Numbered from the stretch's first letter, positions 1 to 8,234 are shown. The stretch: DNA of 14,921 nucleotides from Candidatus Heimdallarchaeota archaeon (GCA_046761065.1 JBHIFL010000088.1:1-14921), one strand, 5' to 3'. The notes: generated from the sequence alone by a model not told the origin. Translations and numbers: made by a program.

Positions 1-143
1 TTAAGGACATCGGGAATTATGTTGAGCACCAACCGTTCCAATGGCGTCGTGATATAAATTCTCTAGGTTTCACAAATTAAGATTAGAAGTGGGGTCTCAC
101 GTGTTTGATTGATGAATATCGAATGATCACTCCTTTTTTGTTC

Positions 144-163
144 AATAAAAATAATTATTAAAG
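144..163 (+). promoter_or_regulatory. Putative archaeal BRE/TATA promoter of the M24 hydrolase gene
   Basis: A-rich AATAAAAA followed by TTATTAAA (154-161), about 35-45 nt upstream of the ATG at 197. A GTGA RBS-like element lies at 187-190. Confidence 0.45.
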
Positions 164-196
164 GCGTGAACTCTGTCTAATGGAATGTGATTTCCC

Positions 197-1411
197 ATGA
201 AGCTTGCGATCAGTAAAGAACGTTTTCAAATGCGAATTCAGGCCGTTAGAGAGAGGTTACAAGAAAAAAAGCTCGATGGAATGGTGATTTTCTCTCCCAA
301 AAGTATCTTCTACCTCTGTGGGTTTGGACACATCGCAACAGAACGCCCAATCGCCATGTTCGTGCCTGTTGCTGGTGAACCCAGTCTATTCATTCCAATG
401 CTTGAAGTGGATAACGTTCGCATAAAAGTGCCGTGGATCACTGACGTGGGGACTTACTACGAGTATCCCCAAGGAAGTGCGCTACTTTCGGGCGAATTCA
501 AACACCCCATGAAACTCCTTGCCAAATTCTTGCAGGACAAAGGCTTTGCTTCTAAGGCGTTGGGTGCGGATCGCGCCGGAGCGGCGGCCACATGGGGTTA
601 TATTGGCCCCAAACTTAAGGAAGTCTTGCCTGAAGCGAAGATTACCCTTCTAAAGGACCTGATTATGCAATTGCGGATAATCAAAGACCCGGAAGAAATT
701 GCGTTGATTCGCGAGTCAGCAAAGTGGGGCAACTTGGCCCACACGTTTCTCCAAGAATTCACAGAGCCAGGGGAATCTGAAATCGAGATCACAGTTCGCG
801 CCTCTTATGAAGCGACGCGTGCTATGCTCCGAACTCTTGGACCGGATTTTGAGATGATGGAGTGGGGACTGCCCGCCTCCGCAGGATTTCGGGGGCAAGT
901 CGGAGCAGGTTCGGCTCTCCCTCACGCACTGGGCAAGAATATTAAGATTCGGAAGGGGGATGTGCTTGTGACTGGAGCGGGGGCGCGGATTGGAGGCTAT
1001 AACAGCGAACTCGAGCGAACTATGATTGTTGGTGAACCTTCCGAGAAACAGAAAAAGTATTTCGAGATCATGGTAAAAGCCCAGGATGCTGCCCTCGAAA
1101 CATTCAAACCTGGCATCAAATGTTCCGAAGTTGATAAAGCAGCGAACAGAGTCTTTAAAGAAGCAGGTTGCTTCAAGTTCATGCGCCATCACACAGGACA
1201 CGGTCTTGGGACGGAAGGTCATGAGCCGCCTTTCCTAGACATCGGCAGTGATGTCATTATACGGCCTGGAATGGTCTTTTCGTGTGAGCCTGGCATCTAC
1301 ATTCCCGAATTTGCCGGTTTTCGGCATAGTGATACCGTCTTGATAACAGAAGATGGAGCGGAGCGGATAACCTATTATCCTAGGGACTTAGAATCAATGA
1401 CCATCCTTTAG
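197..1411 (+). CDS. M24 family (Xaa-Pro peptidase/creatinase-like) hydrolase
   Basis: 404 aa. Creatinase_N-like N-terminus (RIQAVRERLQEKKLDGMVIFSPKSIFYLCGF), linker LRIIKDPEEIALIR, and pita-bread domain motifs ALPH, YNSELERT, HHTGHGLG, HEPPF, SCEPGIY, GFRHSDTV. Confidence 0.92.
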   Translation: MKLAISKERFQMRIQAVRERLQEKKLDGMVIFSPKSIFYLCGFGHIATERPIAMFVPVAGEPSLFIPMLEVDNVRIKVPWITDVGTYYEYPQGSALLSGEFKHPMKLLAKFLQDKGFASKALGADRAGAAATWGYIGPKLKEVLPEAKITLLKDLIMQLRIIKDPEEIALIRESAKWGNLAHTFLQEFTEPGESEIEITVRASYEATRAMLRTLGPDFEMMEWGLPASAGFRGQVGAGSALPHALGKNIKIRKGDVLVTGAGARIGGYNSELERTMIVGEPSEKQKKYFEIMVKAQDAALETFKPGIKCSEVDKAANRVFKEAGCFKFMRHHTGHGLGTEGHEPPFLDIGSDVIIRPGMVFSCEPGIYIPEFAGFRHSDTVLITEDGAERITYYPRDLESMTIL

Positions 1412-1802
1412 AGCCTTTACATGGTCCGGGGTGGAACTCTTATACCTTTTTTATATTTACCCTGTTTCTTTTTATTGTCATTTCTTATAATTATCATAAG
1501 TGGGATTATAAATAGGAATTTTACTGAACTCCACAATTATACCGTCGAAGACTTTGGCAGAGAAAATCATATGTTAAAGATACTGAACTCCATGATGAAT
1601 GTGATCATTTTTTCCCCGGTCAAGACATTCAGCTCCAAAACTTATTTTAAACTGATTTCAATTGAAGAAACCAAGTCTAAGTTGAGATATGCGAGAATTA
1701 TATATAAAAAATGGCGAGTACAGCGATATGATAAGTAGAGCTTACTACAGCATGCACTATTCTGTTAGATCATTACTCAACATCATCTAGTATTAATACA
1801 AC

Positions 1803-1815
1803 AGAAAAAAAGGGC
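1803..1815 (-). terminator. Putative oligo-U archaeal terminator of the amidohydrolase gene
   Basis: The minus strand reads GCCCTTTTTTTCT (T7 run at 1805-1811), about 35 nt after the stop codon at 1847. Confidence 0.45.
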
Positions 1816-1846
1816 CTCAACGGATTGTGAACGGGGTAAGGACTAT

Positions 1847-3097
1847 TCAAGTGCGGTTAAGCTTTCTGATCACCAATTTTCCTCCCTTCATGACCACTTT
1901 AATGCATTCTGGCTCTTGCATCACTTGAATGTCCTTTAAAGGATCTCCATCGACTATTAACAGGTCTGCAAGTTTTCCTTCTTCAACGGTTCCAAGATCT
2001 TGCCCCCGCGGGCCCAATGTAAGGGCACTATTTCGGGTTCCTGCCACGATTGCTTCCATGGGCGTTAATCCAGCCTCGACCAAAAACCCGAGTTCTATGG
2101 CATTATCGCCATGTCTGCACATCTCTGGGCCGAGGAAGTCCGCTCCCGCCGCCACGGTCACCCCTGCTGCCACAGCTTTCTGGACATTTTTGAAGTGGAT
2201 CTCACTCGTTTCTTTGGCTTTCCTAACGCCATATTTTGGCACGCCATGCTCGTGGCCGATACGAGCTAGGTTACTGATAACCGAGAGTGTAGGCACCAGA
2301 ATTACATTTTTTTTCAGCATCAGCTCGATGCACTCGTCATCTAAGAATATACCATGCTCAATGGTCTTGACTCCCGCCTCGATCCCGTTCTTGATCCCCT
2401 GTGTGCCCTGCGCATGAGTCGCTACGATTGTGTTTACGTTAGCAGCCTCTTCCACAACCACCCGTGTTTCTTCTACTGTCATTTGCGGCCAATGTGGATG
2501 GTCTTTTTCGCTCATCACGCCCCCTGTATTCATCACTTTGAGGAGATCTGCTCCAGCCCGGAGTTGTTCCCGGGCTGCTTTGCGAAATTCGTCTGGTCCA
2601 TCGGCCATCCTCCCAAACCAGCCTTTTTCGACAAGCCAAGTCATTGGAAGGTCGTGAGCATCTCCATGACCAGCAGTTTGGCTGAGGCACTTTCCTGCTG
2701 CAAAAATTCGTGGGCCTAGAACAGTCCCTTCATTGATTGCGCGTTTGAGGTCGATCGCGATGTTGCTTCACAGATCCCGGACTGATGTATACCCGGCTTC
2801 GAGAAGTCGTCGTGCTTCCACGGCACTCCGAATCGCACACAGACCGATTGGATCAATCAGCCAATCATGGGGATTCATTGTCACAGCACCCCAAAGGTGG
2901 ACATGGGCTTCTATTAGCCCTGGAAGGATCGTTTTTCCTGCTGCATCGATCGTTTGGGCATCTTGTGGAATGCCTACTTCGCCTTGTCGGCCAACTTCTT
3001 TGATCCTGTCATTTTCAATCACGATCATCGCATTTTCGATTGGATCAGCACCCGTTCCGTCTATGAGCGTCCCTCCAATCACTATTTTCATACCCAT
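1847..3097 (-). pseudogene. Metal-dependent amidohydrolase (prolidase-like subgroup) interrupted by one in-frame TGA at 2768-2770
   Basis: ORFs 2768..3097 and 1847..2644 are in the same frame. Reading through gives ...GYTSVRDL*SNIAIDLKRAINEGTVLGPRIFAAGKCLSQTAGHGDAHDLPMTWL..., 416 codons in total. Motifs: TILPGLIEAHVH (HxH), LKVMNTGG (carbamylatable Lys), ATHAQG, TIEHG, AGADF, GTVEEGKLADLLIVDGDPL. Strong GAGGTGA RBS upstream of the ATG at 3097. Confidence 0.88.
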
Positions 3098-3227
3098 CCT
3101 ATTTCACCTCAAGTTTACTCTTCACATGATTAGAACACACGTTGATGAGATTCAGACGTGTTTTTAAATCATTATATAAAAAGTTCGATTGAACCTTTGA
3201 AACAATTATATGGTGTGGGAGCTGATT

Positions 3228-3715
3228 CTACTTTTCTACCCAGAAGATCTCGACACAATGATCCGTATAGGGAGACGAATTTTCTCATAATCACGATTGA
3301 AACGGAGTCTTGGATCGACAAGTTGCAATAGTGTATTCGCTGACTCCTGATGGAGCGCTTTGCAGATTTTCCGGGTATCAAGGCCCAGCTGTAGACAAGC
3401 ATCAAGGATACTGCACGGCAGATCATAATGGTGCACAATCCGATCCTCTGATTGCTCCACGATATTAATTTCGGAAAGCCGATCGCCTATCATGTCTTCC
3501 ATCATCAGCCGATAGGCGGCTAACAGAGGAGGGCTGCTAAGATCCAGTTTCGAAGCATTCTTTTCAAACCATTTCTGGACCCATTGGGTTTGAATATCCG
3601 ACAAGATCTCCAATGCTTTCTCTTCACCGATTACCTTTGAAACTTCTTGAATATAATTGAAAAGTCGGATCCACCCATTTACTCTCTCTTGATGGATTTT
3701 CGGAGAGTCTCGCAT
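3228..3715 (-). CDS. Small Cys-containing protein (ATC-hydrolase/V4R-like alpha/beta domain), probably frameshifted near the C-terminus
   Basis: 159-aa ORF 3236..3715 with IGEEKALEIL and PCSILDACLQLGLDTRKICK, and an AGGGGT RBS. A shifted frame after ...RDYEKIR gives PYTDHCVEIFWVEK* (stop 3228-3230), which supplies a further Cys and looks like the natural ending. The family assignment is from motif recall only. Confidence 0.6.
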
Positions 3716-3815
3716 ATCTATTACCCTTTAGCGACCTTTTTTTTGGATGAATAATTCCCATTTAGATGCAGTAGTTAATAAAACCTTGTATGGGAAGACT
3801 CCTACTCAGGTTAAT

Positions 3816-4811
3816 CTAACCGTAACCACCAATCTCTTGGGCATAACGATAGGCCTTGATGACGGACTCCAAGTGCAGCCCGTCGAAAAGGCTATTACAT
3901 GAGGAAAATAGGTACCCCCCACCGGGCGCGCCCTGCTGCATGCAACGTTCCACGTCTCTGTGAACTCTGGGAATGTCCTGACGAGCGAGCACGTTGGTGC
4001 AGTCCAGGTTTCCGGCTAAAACTAACTGCTCCCCGTATTGCCCCTTGACCCTTCCCATATCGACACCTGCTGTCGGCTCAAGGGAATGAACCCCTGCAAA
4101 ACCCGCCTCAATGATCAGGGGAAGGATTGGCTCAATGAATCCATCACTATGCCATAAAACGGGGACATTGGCCACAGCCAGTACGTCTTTGTATCGAGGG
4201 AGAATCAACTCCTGAAACAACGCCGGTGAGATCATCACGCCGGTCTTATGGCCCGCATCGTCCCCCAGCATCATAAAGTCAACCTCGGCGGCGTTAACTT
4301 GCTCGATCATGGCTATTGTCCATTCCGTACTTTGTTTGATCACAGCTTCCACGAATTCTCGATCTTTATACAAACCGAGAAAGAACGCTTCCAAGCCCAT
4401 GCGTTCGTAACTCAGGCCCAGGGGCCCATCATGAAAGGCGTAGTAGAGGGCGTACTCCTCACCGTATTGCCCTCTTACGGCAGCCATGGTATCAGCGGGA
4501 AACCAAGCTGCCGCGCATTTTGCTGGGGGCGAGTATGTTTCTAAATCCCGCCACGTCTTAACTAAGCCATCGACGTACATGCCATTGCGCCAACATCGCC
4601 CCCATTCATCAGTCCCAGTGCGCCAGGCATTAGAACTGACCGGATGTCCCACTGCAATGGGTATGCAATCCAGGCCAAGCCTTTCCCTGGCAGCGAACGG
4701 ATCACCGCCGAGAGCATTAACGAAACACTCTTCAATCCACCCCTCAAAGAGGGGGACCCGATCGGGTTCTTTGTGCTGAAACGTTGTTAGAACGCGTTCT
4801 TTTGAATTCAT
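3816..4811 (-). CDS. Uroporphyrinogen decarboxylase / MtaA-CmuA (methylcobamide:thiol methyltransferase) family protein
   Basis: MNSKERVLTTFQHKEPDRVP start, DEWG, MGLEAFFLGLY, LGDD, MISPALFQELILPRYK, WHSDG, HSLEP, LAGNLD, APGGGYLFSSCNS. The start is placed at ATG 4811 because a GAGGGGG RBS precedes it (the ORF track starts at 4832). Confidence 0.88.
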   Translation of the reverse strand: MNSKERVLTTFQHKEPDRVPLFEGWIEECFVNALGGDPFAARERLGLDCIPIAVGHPVSSNAWRTGTDEWGRCWRNGMYVDGLVKTWRDLETYSPPAKCAAAWFPADTMAAVRGQYGEEYALYYAFHDGPLGLSYERMGLEAFFLGLYKDREFVEAVIKQSTEWTIAMIEQVNAAEVDFMMLGDDAGHKTGVMISPALFQELILPRYKDVLAVANVPVLWHSDGFIEPILPLIIEAGFAGVHSLEPTAGVDMGRVKGQYGEQLVLAGNLDCTNVLARQDIPRVHRDVERCMQQGAPGGGYLFSSCNSLFDGLHLESVIKAYRYAQEIGGYG

Positions 4812-4895
4812 TCTAACTGCCCCCTCATACAAAACTAGAGAAGATGTTGGGCTAAATTAAAATCTCGATATGTGAGTAGTATAGGGGAACTTTAT

Positions 4896-5663
4896 TTACG
4901 GCGGAGGAGGGTAACCTTTCGGCTTTCCCGGGTCAGCTCGCTCCCAGTAGTATAGGAAGAGATCCCGGCACCACTTATGGGAGCTTTCATCCGTTGACCC
5001 GAACCCTATATGGTCCATCCTTTCCTCAATAGTAGGGAAGGCGATACGAGCTTCCTTCTCAGATAAGGTCGCGATTACTTCTACTCGTTTTAGCGTCCTT
5101 CTCATGATGAGTTTGGGTATCTCTGGTATAGGTTTGAACCCGGGAGGGGGGATCATGTCTTCTGGCAGGATAAGTCGAAACTCAACTCCGCATTTGATCG
5201 CTTCCTCCAGAAAGGGGAGGGTACTCATGAGAATCTGGTCCGAGAGGATCCACACGTGCTTTTGTGCCATCTGAATCAAATTCTCCACAGCGTGAAATGC
5301 CACCATGACTTCATCCGTGAAGGTACAATTCCTGAGGTCGCCTATCCTAGTCACGAACTCATCAGGGAGGTGGGATATGGTGTGAGTGGTGAGATACTCG
5401 CTGTGTTTGGATAAAAACTGGAATCCTGGAAGTAATCTCATCGCGTGTTCTCCGTAGGGTGTGGGGCGATAAAACCCATCAACTCCCTTAAAAATTAACT
5501 TTGTGCCGGTTAATCGTGCCAGGTGCCGAGAAGTCTCCTGAACAGGAAGATTCAGCATCTCTGATAGGTGTGTAAGCCTCATCGCCTTTTCTTGAAGCTT
5601 GGTAAGAATTCTCAGCCGGTCCTTGTTGGAAAGCTCGAACAAGAGGGTACAGAGCTTCTTCAT
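4896..5663 (-). CDS. Archaeal ArsR-type winged-HTH transcriptional regulator with C-terminal DUF1724-like domain
   Basis: N-terminal wHTH (LFELSNKDRLRIL...LTHLSEMLNLPVQETSRHLARL...GFYRPTPYG), middle HTISHLPDEFVTRIGDL, and C-terminal AFP..E.MD..GF...D...HKWCRDLFLYYWERA. Confidence 0.85.
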   Translation of the reverse strand: MKKLCTLLFELSNKDRLRILTKLQEKAMRLTHLSEMLNLPVQETSRHLARLTGTKLIFKGVDGFYRPTPYGEHAMRLLPGFQFLSKHSEYLTTHTISHLPDEFVTRIGDLRNCTFTDEVMVAFHAVENLIQMAQKHVWILSDQILMSTLPFLEEAIKCGVEFRLILPEDMIPPPGFKPIPEIPKLIMRRTLKRVEVIATLSEKEARIAFPTIEERMDHIGFGSTDESSHKWCRDLFLYYWERADPGKPKGYPPPP

Positions 5664-5689
5664 AGATAAATCCTTCCCATGATCTTACT

Positions 5690-5719
5690 TGAAATTTCAT
5701 ATTCAATCATGAGATTTCA
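5690..5719. promoter_or_regulatory. Imperfect inverted repeat, candidate operator between divergent genes
   Basis: TGAAATTTCAT-N8-ATGAGATTTCA with 10 of 11 positions paired, 27 nt upstream of the regulator start and in the divergent intergenic region. Confidence 0.5.
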
Positions 5720-5810
5720 GCATTTTTCATTAAGAACCTTTTTAAAGATTCCTCCATGACGAAGGAGTAAAGAAATGGAAGAATTGAGCAAGATTGTGTG
5801 GAAGTGTTGA

Positions 5811-6104
5811 ATGATGAACCTGAAGAAGAGTGTCATATGGTTTGTGAAATTGCTATTATTTTTAATAATGCTTGCAGGTTTCATTGGATCTGTTGTATCT
5901 GCAGTGATTACCGTAGTTCCGGATTCATCTGCGAGTAAAATAAATATGTTAGGATACAAGTCTCATTGTTCTTTTATGCCCATAAGCACAATTATCCTCT
6001 TCATTACTGCTCTTGTATTCGGTCTCCTTTTTATGAGGATGTATGGAAAAAAGATCCCTCAATTTGTGCGTACAAAGGTAGCCATACTGGGGATGATAAA
6101 ATGA
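5811..6104 (+). CDS. Small two-TM membrane protein of unknown function with a GYKSHCSF loop
   Basis: 97 aa with two hydrophobic segments (LLLFLIMLAGFIGSVVSAVITVV; IILFITALVFGLLFM) flanking ASKINMLGYKSHCSFMPIST. The stop overlaps the next start (ATGA, 6101-6104). Confidence 0.72.
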   Translation: MMNLKKSVIWFVKLLLFLIMLAGFIGSVVSAVITVVPDSSASKINMLGYKSHCSFMPISTIILFITALVFGLLFMRMYGKKIPQFVRTKVAILGMIK

Positions 6105-6577
6105 AAAATGCAATCGTCATCTATGCCACAAGATTTGGGAATACTGAAAAGATAGCCAGAGCATTGGCACAGGGAATGGAAAACCATGGAGTAAAGGTTG
6201 ACTGTGTTAACATTGAGGAAGTCGATGTCGATAAGTTGATTGAATATGATTTCTTGGCAATCGGTGGACCCACACACGTGATAGGCATGTCTAAAGAAAT
6301 GAAAGAATTCTTAAACAAGCTCAAAGCTGTGAACCTACGAGGGAAGGAAGGCTTTAGCTTCGACACGAGAACCCCCTCACGGTTAAATACAAAAAGCTGG
6401 TTCATTCTTGAAAATAGTGCGGCAAGACGGATTGAAGGAAAAATGAAACGCATGAAGATAAAAATTGTGAAACCTCGTCAGTCAGCTCTTGTCAATGGTA
6501 CAGAAGGACCACTCGAAGACGGGATGGAAGGAAGGTTTAAACAAATCGGTATTGAGATTGCAGAATTAATTCAATAG
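6101..6577 (+). CDS. Flavodoxin family protein
   Basis: The true start is ATG 6101 (MKNAIVIYATRFGNTEKIARALAQG, FMN phosphate loop). Also YDFLAIGGPTH, SFDTR, SAARRI, GPL. 158 aa. The extension to 5966 in the ORF track overlaps the upstream gene. Confidence 0.9.
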   Translation: MKNAIVIYATRFGNTEKIARALAQGMENHGVKVDCVNIEEVDVDKLIEYDFLAIGGPTHVIGMSKEMKEFLNKLKAVNLRGKEGFSFDTRTPSRLNTKSWFILENSAARRIEGKMKRMKIKIVKPRQSALVNGTEGPLEDGMEGRFKQIGIEIAELIQ

Positions 6578-6596
6578 CTATTGGGGGCTAAGATAG

Positions 6597-7247
6597 TTGG
6601 GTATAATAAAAAAGATTACAGTTTATTCCATGAATAAAAAACAAAGGATAGCAATTGTTGCACTCCCCGTTTTAGCATTTATGATGCAGAGTGTCTTTCA
6701 AGTAGCAGCTCGGCTTCTGGGGAGAGAGGTAGCATGGTACGTTGGGTTCTGGGTATATTGGCCATTATGGTGCATTAGCTACCCTATATGGATATTGGGG
6801 TGGGGTTCATTTCGTGACTTGTTTCACTCAAACAAATTGGATATGTATTCAGTTTTGCTGTTAGCTTCCCCAATAATATTTAGTTTAGTTGGGAAACTGT
6901 TGTTTTCAGGATATGGTAGTATCTGGGAAAGATATGTCAGTGTTAACTTCTAGGCAAGAATGTATCTGGTATTCACCGCGTTTGCTAATGGTACTCTCGA
7001 GGAAGTTCTGTGGCGTGGAGTCTACATCAAATTATTTCCTAATGATAAACTAAGGGGGCTTATTTGGCCAACGATATGGTTTTCTCTTTGGCACTATGCA
7101 CCGGGCTCAATGCGTGCAAGTCCTTTCGTGTTAATGGGTGGGGCATTGTTCTTAGGTGGTTGCTTGGCTTGGTTAGCGATGAAAACTGATACTATTCGCT
7201 GGTCAGTTGTGTCTCATACGCTTGCAGGCTTGATCACAGTACTCTGA
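6597..7247 (+). pseudogene. CPBP (Abi/CAAX-type) intramembrane glutamic protease interrupted by one in-frame TAG at 6951-6953
   Basis: ORFs 6597..6953 and 6960..7247 are in frame: ...ERYVSVNF*ARMYLVFTAFANGTLEEVLWRG.... CPBP motifs EExxxR, FSLWH and SH are present and the joined 216-codon product is multi-TM. Start is TTG 6597 or ATG 6630. Confidence 0.82.
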
Positions 7248-7313
7248 TAGGGTTTTTATCCACGCTCACCGATATATTAAATGTGATAATTATATGGAAT
7301 AAAAAAGTCAGTT

Positions 7314-8147
7314 TTAAGCACCCTTTGAACTCTTATATTTCGGTAGCCATTCCCACATAAAATTTACGAATCGTTTTTGAACGGTAATGATATCCTCATC
7401 CATTACCCAGACACCGATCTGTTCTTTAGGGAAGATTGGAAGCGCAATCACCGAATCGGTGTTATCTACGATCAATATACCGGCTTGTTCTCTCGTTCCA
7501 AATTCCCATGCCATCTTGAGCGCTTCATAAAAGGGAGGGATGAGGGGAATGTTCAGTAATCTACGGGTTGTAAATCCCCACTCTGGATAATGCTTGGAAT
7601 CGGCGTGATCAACAGCTATAGCACGCAGCTGGATCCCTCTTTCCTTATTACCCTTGAACTCGATACCAAGTCGGGCAAGAAGATTTGCCGAGAGGGAACT
7701 AAAGACCTCTTCTTTTGCTTCAGGAATGATTTTTCTGAGAACCCAAGCTAGGTTCTCTTCGCCATTAAATGGCCAAAATAATGGCCTTCGCTTCGGGATG
7801 CGGGCTTTTTCGACCTCTTCCAGAGTCTCATTCAGAGCCACTAAGGTCTCACTGCGTTCTTTCTCGAGTAAAGTGAGGAAAACTTTCGGAGGTGCGGCGC
7901 TATATCGTGTGGGACGTAATGACGAAGTTGTAGTGACGAATCCCCTCTCCTTGAGTTCATTGAGGGTTTGATACACCTTAGCCAGGGGAATGTTGCTGTG
8001 TTGGCGGATCTCCTTGGCTTCGGATTCACCTAATGCTAGAAGCGTAGCGTAACAGGTTGCTTCATATCTGGTAAGCCCTGCATGCTCAAGTGTGCTAATC
8101 GCTGTTTCGATCTTGGAATCTGATAGTGTCATACAGAGACCATCCAA
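7314..8147 (-). CDS. TrmB family transcriptional regulator
   Basis: GLTRYEATCYATLLALGESEAKEIRQHSNIPLAKVYQTLNELKERGFV...RPTRYSAAPP wHTH, a coiled-coil, and a C-terminal PLD-like effector domain (EAKEEVFSSL; ILIVDN). The start may be ATG 8132. Confidence 0.9.
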   Translation of the reverse strand: MDGLCMTLSDSKIETAISTLEHAGLTRYEATCYATLLALGESEAKEIRQHSNIPLAKVYQTLNELKERGFVTTTSSLRPTRYSAAPPKVFLTLLEKERSETLVALNETLEEVEKARIPKRRPLFWPFNGEENLAWVLRKIIPEAKEEVFSSLSANLLARLGIEFKGNKERGIQLRAIAVDHADSKHYPEWGFTTRRLLNIPLIPPFYEALKMAWEFGTREQAGILIVDNTDSVIALPIFPKEQIGVWVMDEDIITVQKRFVNFMWEWLPKYKSSKGA

Positions 8148-8191
8148 CTACAAGAAAGTCTTCAAAACCAACCACTTTGAATGTTTCTATA

Positions 8192-8234
8192 TTTCAATAC
8201 TTATAGTATGGAAAAATTTTAAATACTTTAAGTT
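8192..8234. promoter_or_regulatory. TrmB-type operator(s) overlapping the BRE/TATA of the ABC exporter operon
   Basis: TTTCAATACT-TAT-AGTATGGAAA (8192-8214, 9 of 10 paired) with core TACT-N3-AGTA at 8198-8208. BRE/TATA GAAAAA-TTTTAAAT at 8211-8224. Second near-site TACT-TTA-AGTT at 8224-8234. GGAGG RBS at 8248-8252. Confidence 0.7.

Noticed and set aside
1-80. Open frame KDIGNYVEHQPFQWRRDINSLGFTN* (+ strand) as the 3' end of an upstream gene
   Set aside because: Too short, with no recognisable motif. It cannot be distinguished from chance without upstream sequence.
1421-1738. 105-aa ORF as a real membrane protein
   Set aside because: AT-rich low-complexity composition, no RBS or family motif, and it runs through the likely oligo-T terminator of the M24 gene.
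1740-1846. SECIS element downstream of the UGA-containing amidohydrolase
   Set aside because: No convincing stem-loop with an AUGA/GA or GAA/A core was found by eye. An oligo-U tract lies about 35 nt after the stop, and the UGA aligns to Gly rather than Cys. A covariance search would be needed to exclude it fully.
3816-4811. Assigning the gene symbol hemE or mtaA
   Set aside because: It lacks the HemE RQAGR motif and the MtaA H-x-C zinc motif. Only the family can be supported.
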